NCBI RefSeq assembly: GCF_964213995.1
Contig: NC_135803.1
Coordinates: forward strand, 72,602,001 to 72,666,000
Source: Mustelus asterias
Taxonomy: Eukaryota
Direction: 5' to 3'
DNA length: 64,000 nt
Shown here: positions 38,136 to 50,249 of the stretch, piece by piece
How the letters are laid out: every line of letters starts with the position of its first letter
Numbering within the stretch: the stretch's first letter is position 1
The notes under the pieces: model-generated
The model's input: only the letters and a program-made list of their open reading frames with translations
What the model was told of the DNA's origin: nothing
Databases searched by the model: none
Made by a program: the position numbers and the translations under genes

Positions 38136-39662
38136 ACCTCACTGAAATTTTCAGGGCCAAGATGAATAGCTTATTTTGTTAGGTAAGGGCATGAAGGGAT
38201 GCAGAGCCGAAATGGGTAACTGAAACGGAAGTACAGATTGAGCACAATCTAATGCTGGAGGGGTTGACTGGCCTACTCCTGTCCCTGTATTTCACAAAAT
38301 TACAATGGCTGCATTAACATTACCTTGACAAAGTTTTTAGATAATGAACGATGATACCTTGACAGATATAAAAGCCTTGTCACTCTGCTTTATCTTCCAC
38401 CGCCTTCCCCTCAGAATGCATGAATAAAAATCCCTACTTGCAAAGGGAAATTATGTTTGAATGACTTGACTGAATTCTTTGAAGTAGTAATGGAGCAGGT
38501 TAACAATGGCAATGAGTGTAATTGTGTATACATGGACTTGCAAAAGGCGTTTCAGCAAATAACATGATAGACATTTTAGCAGAATTAAAGCTTGTGGGAT
38601 AAAAAGGGACAGTGGCTGTATCAGTACAAGATTGGTGACGGACAGAAAGTAGCGAGGAAGGTATAGATTGGTGTTCCACAAGTCAGTGTTAGAACAATTG
38701 CTCTTTAAGCAAGGTAGAATTGCAAAGTTTGTGGATAACACAAAATCTGGAAATATAGAAAGAATGAGGAGAGCAGTAATAGACTTCAGGAGGACAAACT
38801 GACAAAATGGAAAAATACATGACAATGATATTGTCTGTCTTATGCTTCCAGAAAGTATGAACAAAATGTACAATTTTAATGAGAAAATGGAGAGAGAGAA
38901 AACCGAGGAAAACAGCTAATAAACCTCAGGATTCCAAATGCTTTTAACTAGAAGCGTAGAGTAGAATAGAAAGGAAGTTACTTCATAAAACATTAGAATA
39001 TTATTTTCAAATCTGGGTAAAACATTAGGAAAGTGTCAATACTTTGGAAAGGGTGCAGAGATTTACTAGAATGAAAATTCATTCATATGTGGAAGAATCA
39101 GAGAAGTTTGCTGAAGTTTCTCCCCTTGGGGCAGAGAATATTTTGTTAATTTGATGCACGTTCAATGGTTTTGATAGAACAAAGAAGAAAGTATTTCCAG
39201 TGGCAGACGAGTCAGCAATCAGAAGACATAGGATTAAAGGTGATTAGCAACAGAACGAGACAACATTCAGAAAAACTTTAACACATGGGATGTTGTGATC
39301 TGGAATGCCCTGTCTGAAGAGCTGGTGGAAGCAGATTTCACCTTCATTGGTTTGGCACATATTTATGATTACATTCCTCTGAAGCAAGTTGGGACTTCAC
39401 TGTTAAATCCAAGCTGTTAAAACAAGGGAGTTGTTTACTCTTCTGACTTTTGACAAGTAGAAACCTTGTTCAAAAAATTTCCCTCAATGCTGGGCACTTC
39501 CAATTCCATAGCCATCAGCACAGGCATCCAAGAAGCATCTGCTGACTGAACCACATCTGTTCATCTTCTGTCATTCTTATGTGGCCAATCCATCCATTTC
39601 TCACGACATTCAACTGAGGAAATCAGTCTTCCTTGCTGTTAAGAAACCACCATAATTTAGAA

Positions 39663-40498
39663 CAGCGGTGAGCAACCTGTGGCCCACCCGAGTTCGGAGT
39701 GTGGCCCACGAGACATTTTTCACCGTTGGCCACATGCAGGGTTGCCACAACCTGTTGATTTCTGTCATAGAAATCATAGAAAATCATAGAAACCCTACAG
39801 TGCAGAAGGAGGCCATTCGGCCCATCGAGTCTGCACCGACCACAATCCCACCCAGGCCCTATCCCCACATATTTTACCCGCTAATCCCTCTAACCTACGC
39901 ATCCCAGGATTCTAAGGGGCAATTTTTAACCTGGCCAATCAACCTAACCCGCACATCTTTGGACTGTGGGAGGAAACCGGAGCACCCGGAGGAAACCCAC
40001 GCAGACACGAGGAGAATGTGCAAACTCCACACAGACAGTGGCCCGAGCCGGGAATCGAACCCGGGACCCTGGAGCTGTGAAGCAGCAGTGCTAACCACTG
40101 TGCTACCGTGCCGCCCCACTCCACACAGACAGTGACCCGAGCCGGGAATCGAACCCGGGACCCTGGAGCTGTGAAGCAGCAGTGCTAACCACTGTGCTAC
40201 CGTCCACATAGTTATTTTCCTACTGGCATGACTGAAGTGAGACACATGTAAAGCAAGGGCAAATGAAGTGAGGTACATGCTGAATGTACACAACATTGAC
40301 TGTGAGAGAATGATAGTTTTAATATATAAATAATTAAGCATTTTCTACAACTCATGAAATATTAAGCATGTATTAAATGTATTTAATCTTATTCATGGGG
40401 TCATGGTTAGCAAACAAGCTTGATTTCAATCTTGCGGCCTTCTGAGATGGAGGGGGGGCCATTCATGTGGCCCACTCACTAGCTGAGGTCATCCACTG
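39663..40498. mobile_element. Non-autonomous hAT (Charlie-like) MITE containing a SINE insertion
   Basis: Imperfect TIRs CAGCGGTGAGCAACCT...AGGTCATCCACTG with subterminal GTGGCCCAC motifs. 8-bp flanks ATTTAGAA and ATTTAAGA match at 6/8. Confidence 0.65.
39766..40203 (-). mobile_element. Young HE1-like SINE with a tandemly duplicated tRNA head
   Basis: 40024-40109 is repeated at 40118-40203 with one mismatch. Confidence 0.92.
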
Positions 40499-41079
40499 AT
40501 TTAAGAGTCATTTTCAAGCATTGCACTCTGTACAATATGATGTATAAGTGTGGCATTTATAGTACAGAGCAGTCTTGACAGGAATGAAAACTAAGAAATA
40601 TAGTTGCTACCAAACCAGACTGACCATTACCTGTCATATGTACAGTGCAAATTGTATTGATTGAAGAGGTAGAGTGCACTGTTAATCTAAAAATACACAT
40701 ATGCTGATCGCTACACAAAGATGCAGCACATGTTGAAAATTTCCATTTCTACCTCACCCTTCAGCATTTTGAACACTTAGTTGCAGTGGAGCAAAATCTC
40801 TCCCATCACTGCTGCAAAACAGGAAGAGCAAACATGAGCTGAGACATGTCGATACTTTTAATTAGCACTCTCATTTCTGTATGGGGGAATAAAAGTCCTG
40901 GAAAAATCTCTTTCAGGGACACTTGCCCATTCATATAATAGGTGTTGACCTCATCATCCAAATGCAGCCGCCCAATGCATTTAATCCATTGTTCTGAGCC
41001 CATTAAAATCTCTTTAGAGACAAGGGAAGAGACACATACTTAATTCATCGATTTAAAAGGTTCATTTTTTAAAAGTTAC

Positions 41080-41106
41080 CTTAAATTTGTCTGAAGATTG
41101 CGACAT
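41080..41106 (-). CDS. SEPT2: Septin 2, first coding exon (MSQSSDKFK); whole exon 41080-41129 including 23 nt of 5'UTR
   Basis: Minus strand reads cttctgtttttcag|GTGAGAATTGCCCCATCTTTATC ATG TCG CAA TCT TCA GAC AAA TTT AAG|gtaact. The phase-0 donor matches the phase-0 start of the next exon. As I recall it, the peptide resembles fish Sept2 N-termini (MSQ.DK.K). Confidence 0.8.
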
Positions 41107-41899
41107 GATAAAGATGGGGCAATTCTCACCTGAAAAACAGAAGTTTTGTTTAAAAACAGTGAAGACACCAGCAACAAAAAGCTAACAAAATGCAAACACT
41201 GACACTTATTAGTGGTCAGGACACAATGTTGCACAAAATACATCCATCTCAGTTCAGTAACTGAAATTACTGCTCTTATCTTCACATACCTATATTTAGC
41301 TTTATGAGAATTCTTGTCCTCACAAATTACTGCATTTGCTGAATATATTCATAGAGCTCTTCCATTAACCAATGGAATGAAGGTTTGCTATGAAACAGGA
41401 CTGATGCAAAACTTTCTGCGTTTGTTTTCTTTATAGAAACTGCACTGGTCTGAATTAGAGATGCTGTACACATTCATCATCCACTCAGTTTTACTATGGT
41501 TCAGATGCAAGCATGATTTCCTTCTATACCGTTCTAACAATAGACATTATATTCAATCTGAGGATTCTACAGGCACCATTCCAGAGCCCAGGTTTAATTT
41601 AGTTAATGATTGAAGTCAATGATCAACTCCAAGTCAGATAACCAGATAAATAAAATTACCATTTTCTTCTAAGAGTACTGAGGCACAAATATTCTTCTAC
41701 CTTCAAGGGAAAATAAATTACTTCAGAGTGCAACATAGACAGAATGTAGTTGAGAATTTGGTGTAGAGGAACAGAGCTGCTCCTTTTCCTCCTTTTTTCA
41801 GCAGTTGATTTTTTTTTCCACATCTCCCAAACTAGCTGAGGGCAACTTTCAATTATTTTACTTTCAAGCATATCTGATGCACCTACAGCTTAAGCAACA

Positions 41900-42665
41900 T
41901 TGGCTCAGAGTTGCTCAACTAAAATCTGAGTTGCAGACAATGCGGGGCAGCATGGAGTAGGAGAGTTACCTGGACACTTCATTCCAGGAGGCAGTTACAC
42001 CTTTACATTAGGAAGAACCTTAAAAGTTGGTTAACGGTCAGGGACAGGAAATTGTGACCGTGAACTAGACAGGCAAGGGAAACCAGCATGCAATGATGCA
42101 GAAACCTCAGCCCCTGACTTTGTCCAACAGGCACAAGGTGCCTACTACCTGCGTGGATGACAAGACAACAAGATGATGAGTGGATTGGCCATGGCACCAT
42201 GGTGAAAGATGTCATTCAAATTCAGGGAGCAAAATGGAATGTGGTAGTGACAGGGGACAATATAGTCAGGGAATTCGATACTGTTCTCCACAGCTACAAC
42301 CAGGAGCTCCAAAGGTGATGTTGCCCCCCAGGGCCAGGGTTAAGGACATCTCCTCATGGCTAGAGAGAAGCCTGGGAGTGGTTTACATGGAAACTAATAT
42401 CGACATTACCCAAGAAAATCTGAGGAATGAGGAACAAAATTAAAACACAGATCAATGGCGATCTTCTCTGTTGACTGAGCCACATGCCAACTGGCATAGG
42501 GTCAAGCAGATTTAAGAATTAAATGTTGGGCTCAAGTGGCATAGGCAGCAGATGTTGCGATTCATGGTATAGTGCCAGGCATTGCTCGAGGAAGTGTGAG
42601 CTCTTCTGTTGGAATGGGCTGGGACCAGTGTCCTGGCCAATTGAATAACTAGGGCAGCGGAAAGG
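41900..42665 (+). mobile_element. CR1 ORF1 (esterase) relic
   Basis: Similar to the reverse complement of 24570-25360; contains a PRARVKDIS remnant. Confidence 0.7.
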
Positions 42666-42670
42666 GCTTT

Positions 42671-42990
42671 CATAGAATCGTACAGTGCAGGAGGCGGCCA
42701 CTTGGCCCATCAAGTCTGCACCGATCACAATCCCACCCATGCCCTATCCCCATAAGCCCATGCATTTACCCCAGCCAATCCCCCCCACACTAAGGGGCAA
42801 CCCAGCATGGCCAATCCACCTAACCTGCACATCTTTGGCTGTGGGAAGAAACCAGAGCACCCGGAGGAAACGCACGCAGACACAGAGAGAATGTGCAAAC
42901 TCCACACAGACAGTGACTCAAGCTGGGAATTGAAACCGGGTCCCCGGTGCTGTGAGACAGCAGTGCTAACCACTGTGCCACCATGCCACC
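42671..42990 (-). mobile_element. HE1-like SINE
   Basis: Full head, V core and tail. Confidence 0.9.
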
Positions 42991-43004
42991 CAATAGGTTT
43001 TTTT

Positions 43005-45513
43005 TAAAAGACAAGGCTAAGAGTGGCTTCTGGTCCATAATGTTAAAGTGTCTCCCATACACATATTGATGGAACTTCTTTACCCCATATACTGTTGAAA
43101 AGCAGTATTGGGCTCAAGTGGCATAGGCAGCAGAGGTTGCGAGAATAGCCTTTTTCGGCCTTTGAGAGGGTTCTCAAGACATAGTCTATAGCTCTTTCAG
43201 ATCCATCATCTATCTTATGGGACAGCATTGCACCAATGCCATATGGAGAAGCATCACAGGTTAACACCAATTCCTTAGTTGTTTGAAATGCACCAATAAA
43301 CTTGATGAATGTAACAACTGTTTTAAAAGCTTCTCTCTGGGGCATCTTTCAAAACCAACGCTGGTGCTTCTTTCGCAGCATATGCAAGGGGGCCAATAGT
43401 GTCAAAATGTGGCAGAAAATGCCCATAGTAATTCACCATTCCCAAGAGTGACTTGAGTTCAGATGTGTTTCTGGGGGTCAGTACCTCCTTTATTGCTCTG
43501 ACTTTGTCTTCCATTGGGTGTAATCCTTGTGCATCCATGCAATAGTCCAGATAGGCTACCTCAGTGGCTGAAAAGTACATTCTCCTTTTTGGGGCAAACA
43601 CCAGGCTCTTGATAGCTCTTTAGCACCTCCTCTAAGTTAGCTAGGTGCTCAGCTTTGTCGATTCAGTTACCAAAATATCATCCAAGTATACGATGACCTG
43701 TGGAAGTCCTGGAAATAGACTTCCATTGTTTTCTGGAAGATAGCACATGCTGATGACACACCAAAAGGTAGGCATATATACTGAAACAAACTTTTGTACA
43801 TGTTTATCATAACATAACCTCAGGAAGCATTGTCTAACTCAAGATGCTGATGTGTGGCTCATATCCAGCTTGCATAAGACTGACCACTGTCCAGTTTTGC
43901 ATATAATCAATCTTCAATCTTGGGGATCGGATACTTATGAAACCATGTGGTAGTGGTCTTGCTCTAAAAAAAGGGGTTTGACTCTGGATCTACATAGATC
44001 TTCGCCTGGTGGCCCTTTATTTTACCTAGCACATTGCAAAAAACGTTCTCATACTTCTTCATTAATTCAGGCAGTCCCCCTTCCAGTACTTGGGAGATCT
44101 CCATCCAGTTTAACATGATTACCTTGAGCCAATCGTGGCCCAAAAGACATGGCCAGGCCCTTAGCCTGACACTATTACTACTGGGAGCTGAGCGTTCTGC
44201 TGCTGATAGCTTACACGTACGTGGTAGTACTCTTTATCTTAATGGCTTCTCCTCCAAGTTATTAGTTTTGCTGTGGTGCCCCTCAAACCCAATGGCTGGA
44301 CTCCTTTGTCAATATCAAAATGTGTGCTTTCCCATCACTGTGGCAGAGACTCCCATATCAACTTACATCTTTAAGGGCCTACCATTTGTGAAAAGCATCA
44401 TAGTGATGGGGCTACCTTGCTCGCTTTCATGTTGAACAATTAATGAACATTTGATCCTCAACACTAGACTCTTCCATACTATTCACTTGAGATGTATTGC
44501 TAACTCTGTTACCGAGTAGATTTGACTTACTTTTACATTGGTGCCTTTCCTGTGGCAGAAAAAAGCACTCAGCCTCTTTATACCTGCAGGCATCAGGGGA
44601 GCAATTACCCTGAAGTGGCTCTGAAATCAGTGCTCGAAGGTCTGTCTTAACTTGGTAACATAAGTTGCAGTAGTTTCCCCAGGGACTCTCCGACAGTTGA
44701 GATAAACTTAAAATCGCTGCAATATTACCGTTGGCTTTGGATTCAATTATCTCAGTGAATGACTTGATTCGGGCAACTTGGAGATGTGAGGCTGCATCTT
44801 AAAATTGTGGGCCTGAGTCCCACACACTCTCCTTTCTCTTCTCCCTCCTCTATTCCGTTGGCCTGAAAATACTAGCCCAAACACTCAACGTATTGTGTCC
44901 AATCCTTCACAGAGACATCACAAGGACCCTTCTGTCTGAATAAGGGTATATCTGCAAACATTCTTCTGTTTCTCAACTTGAACTGAACTTCAACATGACT
45001 TGTTACTCCCGATTTTAGGACTGCTTTTTTTTATCTTCGTCGTCAATGTTATAATTCCTGTTCACCAATTAGGTAAATAAAAGCGGCAATGTTTATTTAC
45101 ATATGACTGTAATGCAGAGGCTTGCAGCATTATGGCTGCCAGTCAGCTTTCAGGATTAAACTGATGGCCCACACTTGCTAGGGTGATTACCTCACCCTGG
45201 GTCATTAGGTTACATTTTAGCTTCATTTGAAGCAATTTTTAAAAGCGGCATCTCGGCCTTTTGGCTGAGATGCAAATGAGATCAAGCCTTGGAGGAGGTG
45301 CAATTCCTACTCCAATCAGCTTGGATCATGTAGATCAAGCCCAAGACAGGAGGTGAGAGCCCCGTCTTGTCAGCTTGGATCGGGAATGTCTCAACTGGAG
45401 ACTCTGAATTGGACTCGATTTGATTGAATTTTTAAAAAATTACCTCACCCTGGTTCCTGATTCGTTACCTAGGTCATGTGACCCTCTTGGCAGATTGCCC
45501 CTTAAAGAGAACA
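43005..45513 (-). mobile_element. Degenerate Ty3/Gypsy (Mag-like) LTR retrotransposon: 5' LTR 45047-45513, PBS, gag, protease, RT, RNase H; truncated before integrase
   Basis: LTR runs TG...CA with AATAAA and is followed by a PBS-like TTGACGACGAAG. Gag start resembles DWTQYVE.L.YF.ANGI. Zinc-knuckle remnant near 44560, D(T)G protease remnant near 44355, VYLDDIL near 43680, and LVLTCDASPYGIGA RNase H. Confidence 0.88.
45201..45438 (+). mobile_element. Short structured retroposon with a U2 snRNA-like 5' stem-loop, inserted in a Gypsy LTR
   Basis: 15-bp direct repeat ATTACCTCACCCTGG at 45186-45200 and 45439-45453. 45248-45271 matches U2 nt 4-27 at 22/24 positions. Contains several hairpins. Confidence 0.75.
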
Positions 45514-47260
45514 AAAACCACTGAGCAGGGAGGTGGAATAACTAAATAAAAGACTTTAAAGTTAAATAAAATGCTAAAGTGGTTATAATCATTTATAAGC
45601 ATATATTCAAAAATGTGCTTGAAAGTCAAAAACAAACAATTAAACCAAATTCAAAAGTGACAGGAAAAGCACAGATTAAATTGTGTTTTAGCGACTTAAT
45701 TACCGTAATGCAACTTTTCTGGTATTGAGTAACATTATTGATTATTAATATTTAGACTGGCAGTAGAATTGAAGTAATCATCCCTATTCCACTGTTAGTA
45801 GCTAATCAGAAACCTTCCATATCTTGGTATTTGTTACTGGAATGAATTTTTCAATGCTTTTCATGAGTATACGGAGCAATCATTTGCCATATCATTTCAA
45901 AGATTTGAAAGCAATTAGGATTTTTCAACTCCCATTGTGGCAGTTACACCATGTAACAGTTTAAGCTGAGAAATAACAAAGTATCAGTCGAAGCTGCAGT
46001 CTCCAACAGCTTCTTTCTGACACGTCGTCATGATTTAAACCACATTCTACATGCATGTATTTAAAAAATGAGCAGCAAAAGCTCAGCCGAGGACAGAAGT
46101 GTCAGAACGTTCTGGAAAGTGTACAGGACTGGCACTTCAATTTGCTCTGGTAAATAGATTAGGACAAAGGAACAAGATGAAAAAATAAGGTTTCTTTCAA
46201 TATGACGTGTTATATGCTTGGGTTTTTACTCTAGATATTTTTGGCTCCCTACAGTGTGCCAATGTTTTCACTTGTCCTAGTGCCTTAGAGTCAGAGTTTT
46301 ATAGCACAAAAAGAGGCCCTTCACCCATCATGTCTGTGCCAGCCAACAAGCACCTATCTATTCTAATCCCATTTTCCAGCACTGGGTCCTTATGCTATGC
46401 CATTTCAAGTGCTCATCTAAATGCTTCTTAAATGTGAGGGTTCCCACCTCTACCACCCTTTAAGGCAGTGACTTCCAAAATCCCACCATCTCCTGGATGA
46501 AAAAGGTTTTCCTCAAATCCCCTCTAAGTGTCCTGCCCTTTACCTTAAATCTATGCCTCCTGATTATTGGCCCCTCTATTAATTGGAAAGTTCCTTCCGA
46601 GCGACCCTATATCCCTCATAATTTTGTACACCACAATCTGATCCCCCTCAGCTCTCTCTGCTCTAAGGAAAACAATCCCAGCCTATCTTCATAGCTGAAA
46701 CGCTCTAGCCCAGACAACATCCTGGTTAATGTCCTCTGCTCCCTTTCGAGTGCAATCACATCCTTTGATACCAAGCAGAGTTTCAAAGCATGCCAGGTTG
46801 GTGAACAAATTTTTTTTTTAAACATTATTTTTTCCTGCTTCTTCAAGCAGTGGCCTGGGATGTTGGGCAAGGTTTTTGGCGAAGGGAGATTTAGAATTCC
46901 AATGAGAAAGGTTGAAGCACCAGAACAATGTACCAATGTGGGTAACAACTACCAGAGTGGGACAGGATGGGACAGAATTTAACAACAATTATACATTTGG
47001 AAATAAGGACATTGCAAGGAATAGAAAAAAAAATCAAAAGTTCTTGATCTGAATGCACAAAGCATGATGAACTAGTGGCAGAAAGAGGGGGAAAATGATT
47101 GATGTGATCATTATTAATACAAGGCTATCAAGGATGGGTAATATTCTAGGGCAAATATTTTTGGAAAGGCAGAAGGAATGACAAACATGTGGTAGCCCTG
47201 ATAATAAAGGATGACACAAGGACATTTGTGAGAAAGGATCTGGCTCAGCAGATCATGCAA

Positions 47261-48256
47261 TTGTTTGCGATTTACATAGATGCTTTGGAGTTGGGGACCA
47301 AGTGTAGTGTGTCAAAATTTGCAGATGACACTAAGATGGGTGGAAGAGCTGAGTGTGCAGAGGACGCTGAAAGTCTGCAAAGGGATTTAGATAATCTAAG
47401 TGAGTGGGCAAGGGTCTGGCAGATGGAGTACAATGTTGGTAAATGTGAGGTCATCCATTTTGGTAGGAATAACAGCAAAATGGACTATTATTTAAATGGT
47501 AAAAAATTGCAGCATGCTGCTGTGCACAGGGACCTGGGTGTCCTTGTGCAGGAATCTCAAGGAGTTGGTTTGCAGGTGCAGCAGGTAATTAAGAAGGCAA
47601 ACGGAATTTTGTCCTTCATTGCTAGAGGGATGGAGTTTAAAAATAGTGAGATTATATTGCAGCTGTATAAGGTGCTGGTGAGGCCACACCTGGAGTAGTG
47701 TACAGTTTTGGTCTCCTTATTTGAGAAAGGATATACTGGCACTGGAGGGGGTGCAGAGGAGACTCACTAGGTTGATTCCAGAGTTGAGAGGGTTGGCTTA
47801 TGAGGACAGACTGAGTAGACTGGGGCTATACTCTTTGGAATTCAGAAGAATGAGGGGAGATCTTATAGAAACATAGAAGATTTTGAAGGGAATAGATAAG
47901 ATAGAAGCAGGGAAGTTGTTCCCACTGGCGGGTGAAACTAGAACTAGGGGGCATAGCCTCAAAATAAGGGGAAGCAGATTTAGGACTGAGTTGAGGAGGA
48001 ACTTCTTCACACAAAGGGTTGTGAATCTGTGGAATTCCCTGCCCTGTGAGGCAGTTGAGGCTACCTCATTGAATGTTTTTAAGGCAAGGATAGATAAATT
48101 TTTGAACAGTAAAGGAATTAAGGGTTATGGTGAGCGGGGGGGGAATGATAAATGGAGCTGAGTCAACAAAAAGATCAGCCATGATCTTATTGAATGGCGG
48201 AGCAGGCTCGAGGGGCCAGATGGCCTATTCCTGCTCCTAGTTCTTATGTTCTTATG
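47261..48256 (+). mobile_element. CR1 LINE 3' fragment inserted into an older CR1 relic (about 46860-48440)
   Basis: KFADDTK, RPHLE and FFTQRVVNLWN; (TTCTTATG)n tail. Confidence 0.93.
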
Positions 48257-48544
48257 ACATTTAATCATTATAGGTGAAAATTAGGAATAGCAAGAATCAA
48301 AAAACATTGGTACAAGTAGTTTATAGTCCTCCTAAAAGTAGTTGCACTTTCAAGCAGAACATTAAACAAGAAATTATTGGAGTTTGTAACAAAAGAAATG
48401 AAATAATTGAGGAACTTTAATCTTCATATAAACTGGGACAAAGAATGGTTTCCTTGTTCCTTCCATCTTGGTCTGTTCATCAATTCTCACATTGATACCT
48501 TTCTCTTTTGCCTTGAATCTACTCCTTGATTTACAACATCTTCC

Positions 48545-49690
48545 CAAATTTGATCCCTTGCCCCCACTATTTAGTTTAAAACCCTTCTGTACTTCCCTAA
48601 TTATGTGGTTCACGAGAACACTCGGTCCCAGCACAGTTTAGGAGTAGACCATCGTAATTGTACAGCCTCCACTTTTCTCAGTACTGGTGCCAATGCCCCA
48701 TGAACCAGAATCCACTTCTTGTACATCAGTCTTAGAGTCACATATTGATCTCTAATTTTATGTATCCTATGCCAATTTATTCATTGTTCAGGTAACAATT
48801 CAGATTATTGTTGCCCAACTCATACTCTATGCAGAACTTCTTTCCTAGTTCTGTTGTTGGTCCCGACATGGACCACAACAACCCGATCCTCCTCCCACTT
48901 CAAGTTCCTCTCTGAACAAATGTCCCAAATCCTGACCTGGGCAGGCAACAAAGCTGTCTGGACTCTTGCTCTTTGCTGCAGAGAACAGTATCAAAACCCC
49001 TCACTATACTGTTCACCACTACCATTTTATTTTGCTCCCCCCACTTGAATGGGTTCTTGTACCATGTTGCTTTGGTCACTTTGCTCATCGGCCCCTATTT
49101 CATCCAAACAAGCTGAGCGATTCTCAAACTTAAGGGACAATTGCAAAGGCTGGAGCTCTTTTTTATATATTTATTCAAGGGATGTAGGCATCGCTGGCAG
49201 GGTCAGCATTTATTGCCCATTCTGGAGGGCATTTGGAGTCACATGTAGACCAGACCAGGTAAGGATTTTCCTTCCCTAAAGGGCATTAGTGAAGCAGATG
49301 GGCTTTTAATGACAATTGACAATAGTTTCATGGTCATCACCAGATCTTTAATTCCAGATTTTAAAAATTGAATTCAAATTTCACCATCTGCCATGGTGGG
49401 ATTGAAACCCAGGTCCCCAGAGCATCACCCTGGGTCTCTGGATTACTAGTCCAGCGACAAATACCACTGCCCCACTGCTTCCCCTTGCACTCTGGGTCTC
49501 CTTATTTGCCACACTCACAATCACACCCTCCTGGCCGTGACCAAAGCAGAAGATCCTATCCTTAGAGGTACAAAAAGCACCCAGGTAACTTTTCCTCCTC
49601 CCTGATGCATCTGCAATGGCTCTGAGCTGTTGCTCCTCAAGCTGCAAAAACGTATTTCAGATGTGTTTGCCCTGATTCACACTCAGGATT
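48545..49690 (-). mobile_element. CR1 ORF1 (esterase) relic interrupted by a SINE
   Basis: VVVNSIVRGFD...CCLP remnant. Confidence 0.7.
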
Positions 49691-50249
49691 GTTTAAAATC
49701 GTAGAATCACATTGCTGGACACTGTTTTGAGTTGACAATATTTGCTAAACAATCCTGGATGTGCTAAGATTGTTAACAACCAATTCAAGATTCAGTCAGC
49801 CTTGCAGTGTGGTATACCTGTGTGTGCTAGAAGCTACATTTATTAATATAATACACAGGGCAGGCAGAACAACTATGCACTTTGTTCCTCTTTCAACTGA
49901 ACAAAATAGGCGGCAATCATTCCAAAAGCAATGCCTTGACCAGAGGCAACCTGCTTGGATTGCAATTAAACAAATCTTGGCAGTTCATTGTCAGTCATTA
50001 GTTAACTGGTGCATTTGCCATTGCATCACCTCTATCAATCAGCTCTCTTCTCATGACATAGCAATATTCGGTCCCTTCGTGTTTGGAATTCTTGCGAATT
50101 GTCCTGATGATCGCAATACAAAAAGCTTCAACAACATGTGGCTTTTTTGCAGCAATACTCCAGTACACTACCAGATAACTATTTTCACCCTCGTTTTCAA
50201 TCCCTCCATAGCCTTACCTCTTCCCATCTCTAATCTCCTGCAGCCCTGC

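Noticed and set aside
39668-40341. Recurrent ORFs of the type CGRKPEHPEET / MVSTAASQLQGPG
   Set aside because: Translations of HE1 SINE copies, not genes.
45248-45273. Functional U2 snRNA gene
   Set aside because: Only the first stem-loop matches; the branch-point pairing region, Sm site and 3' stems are absent.
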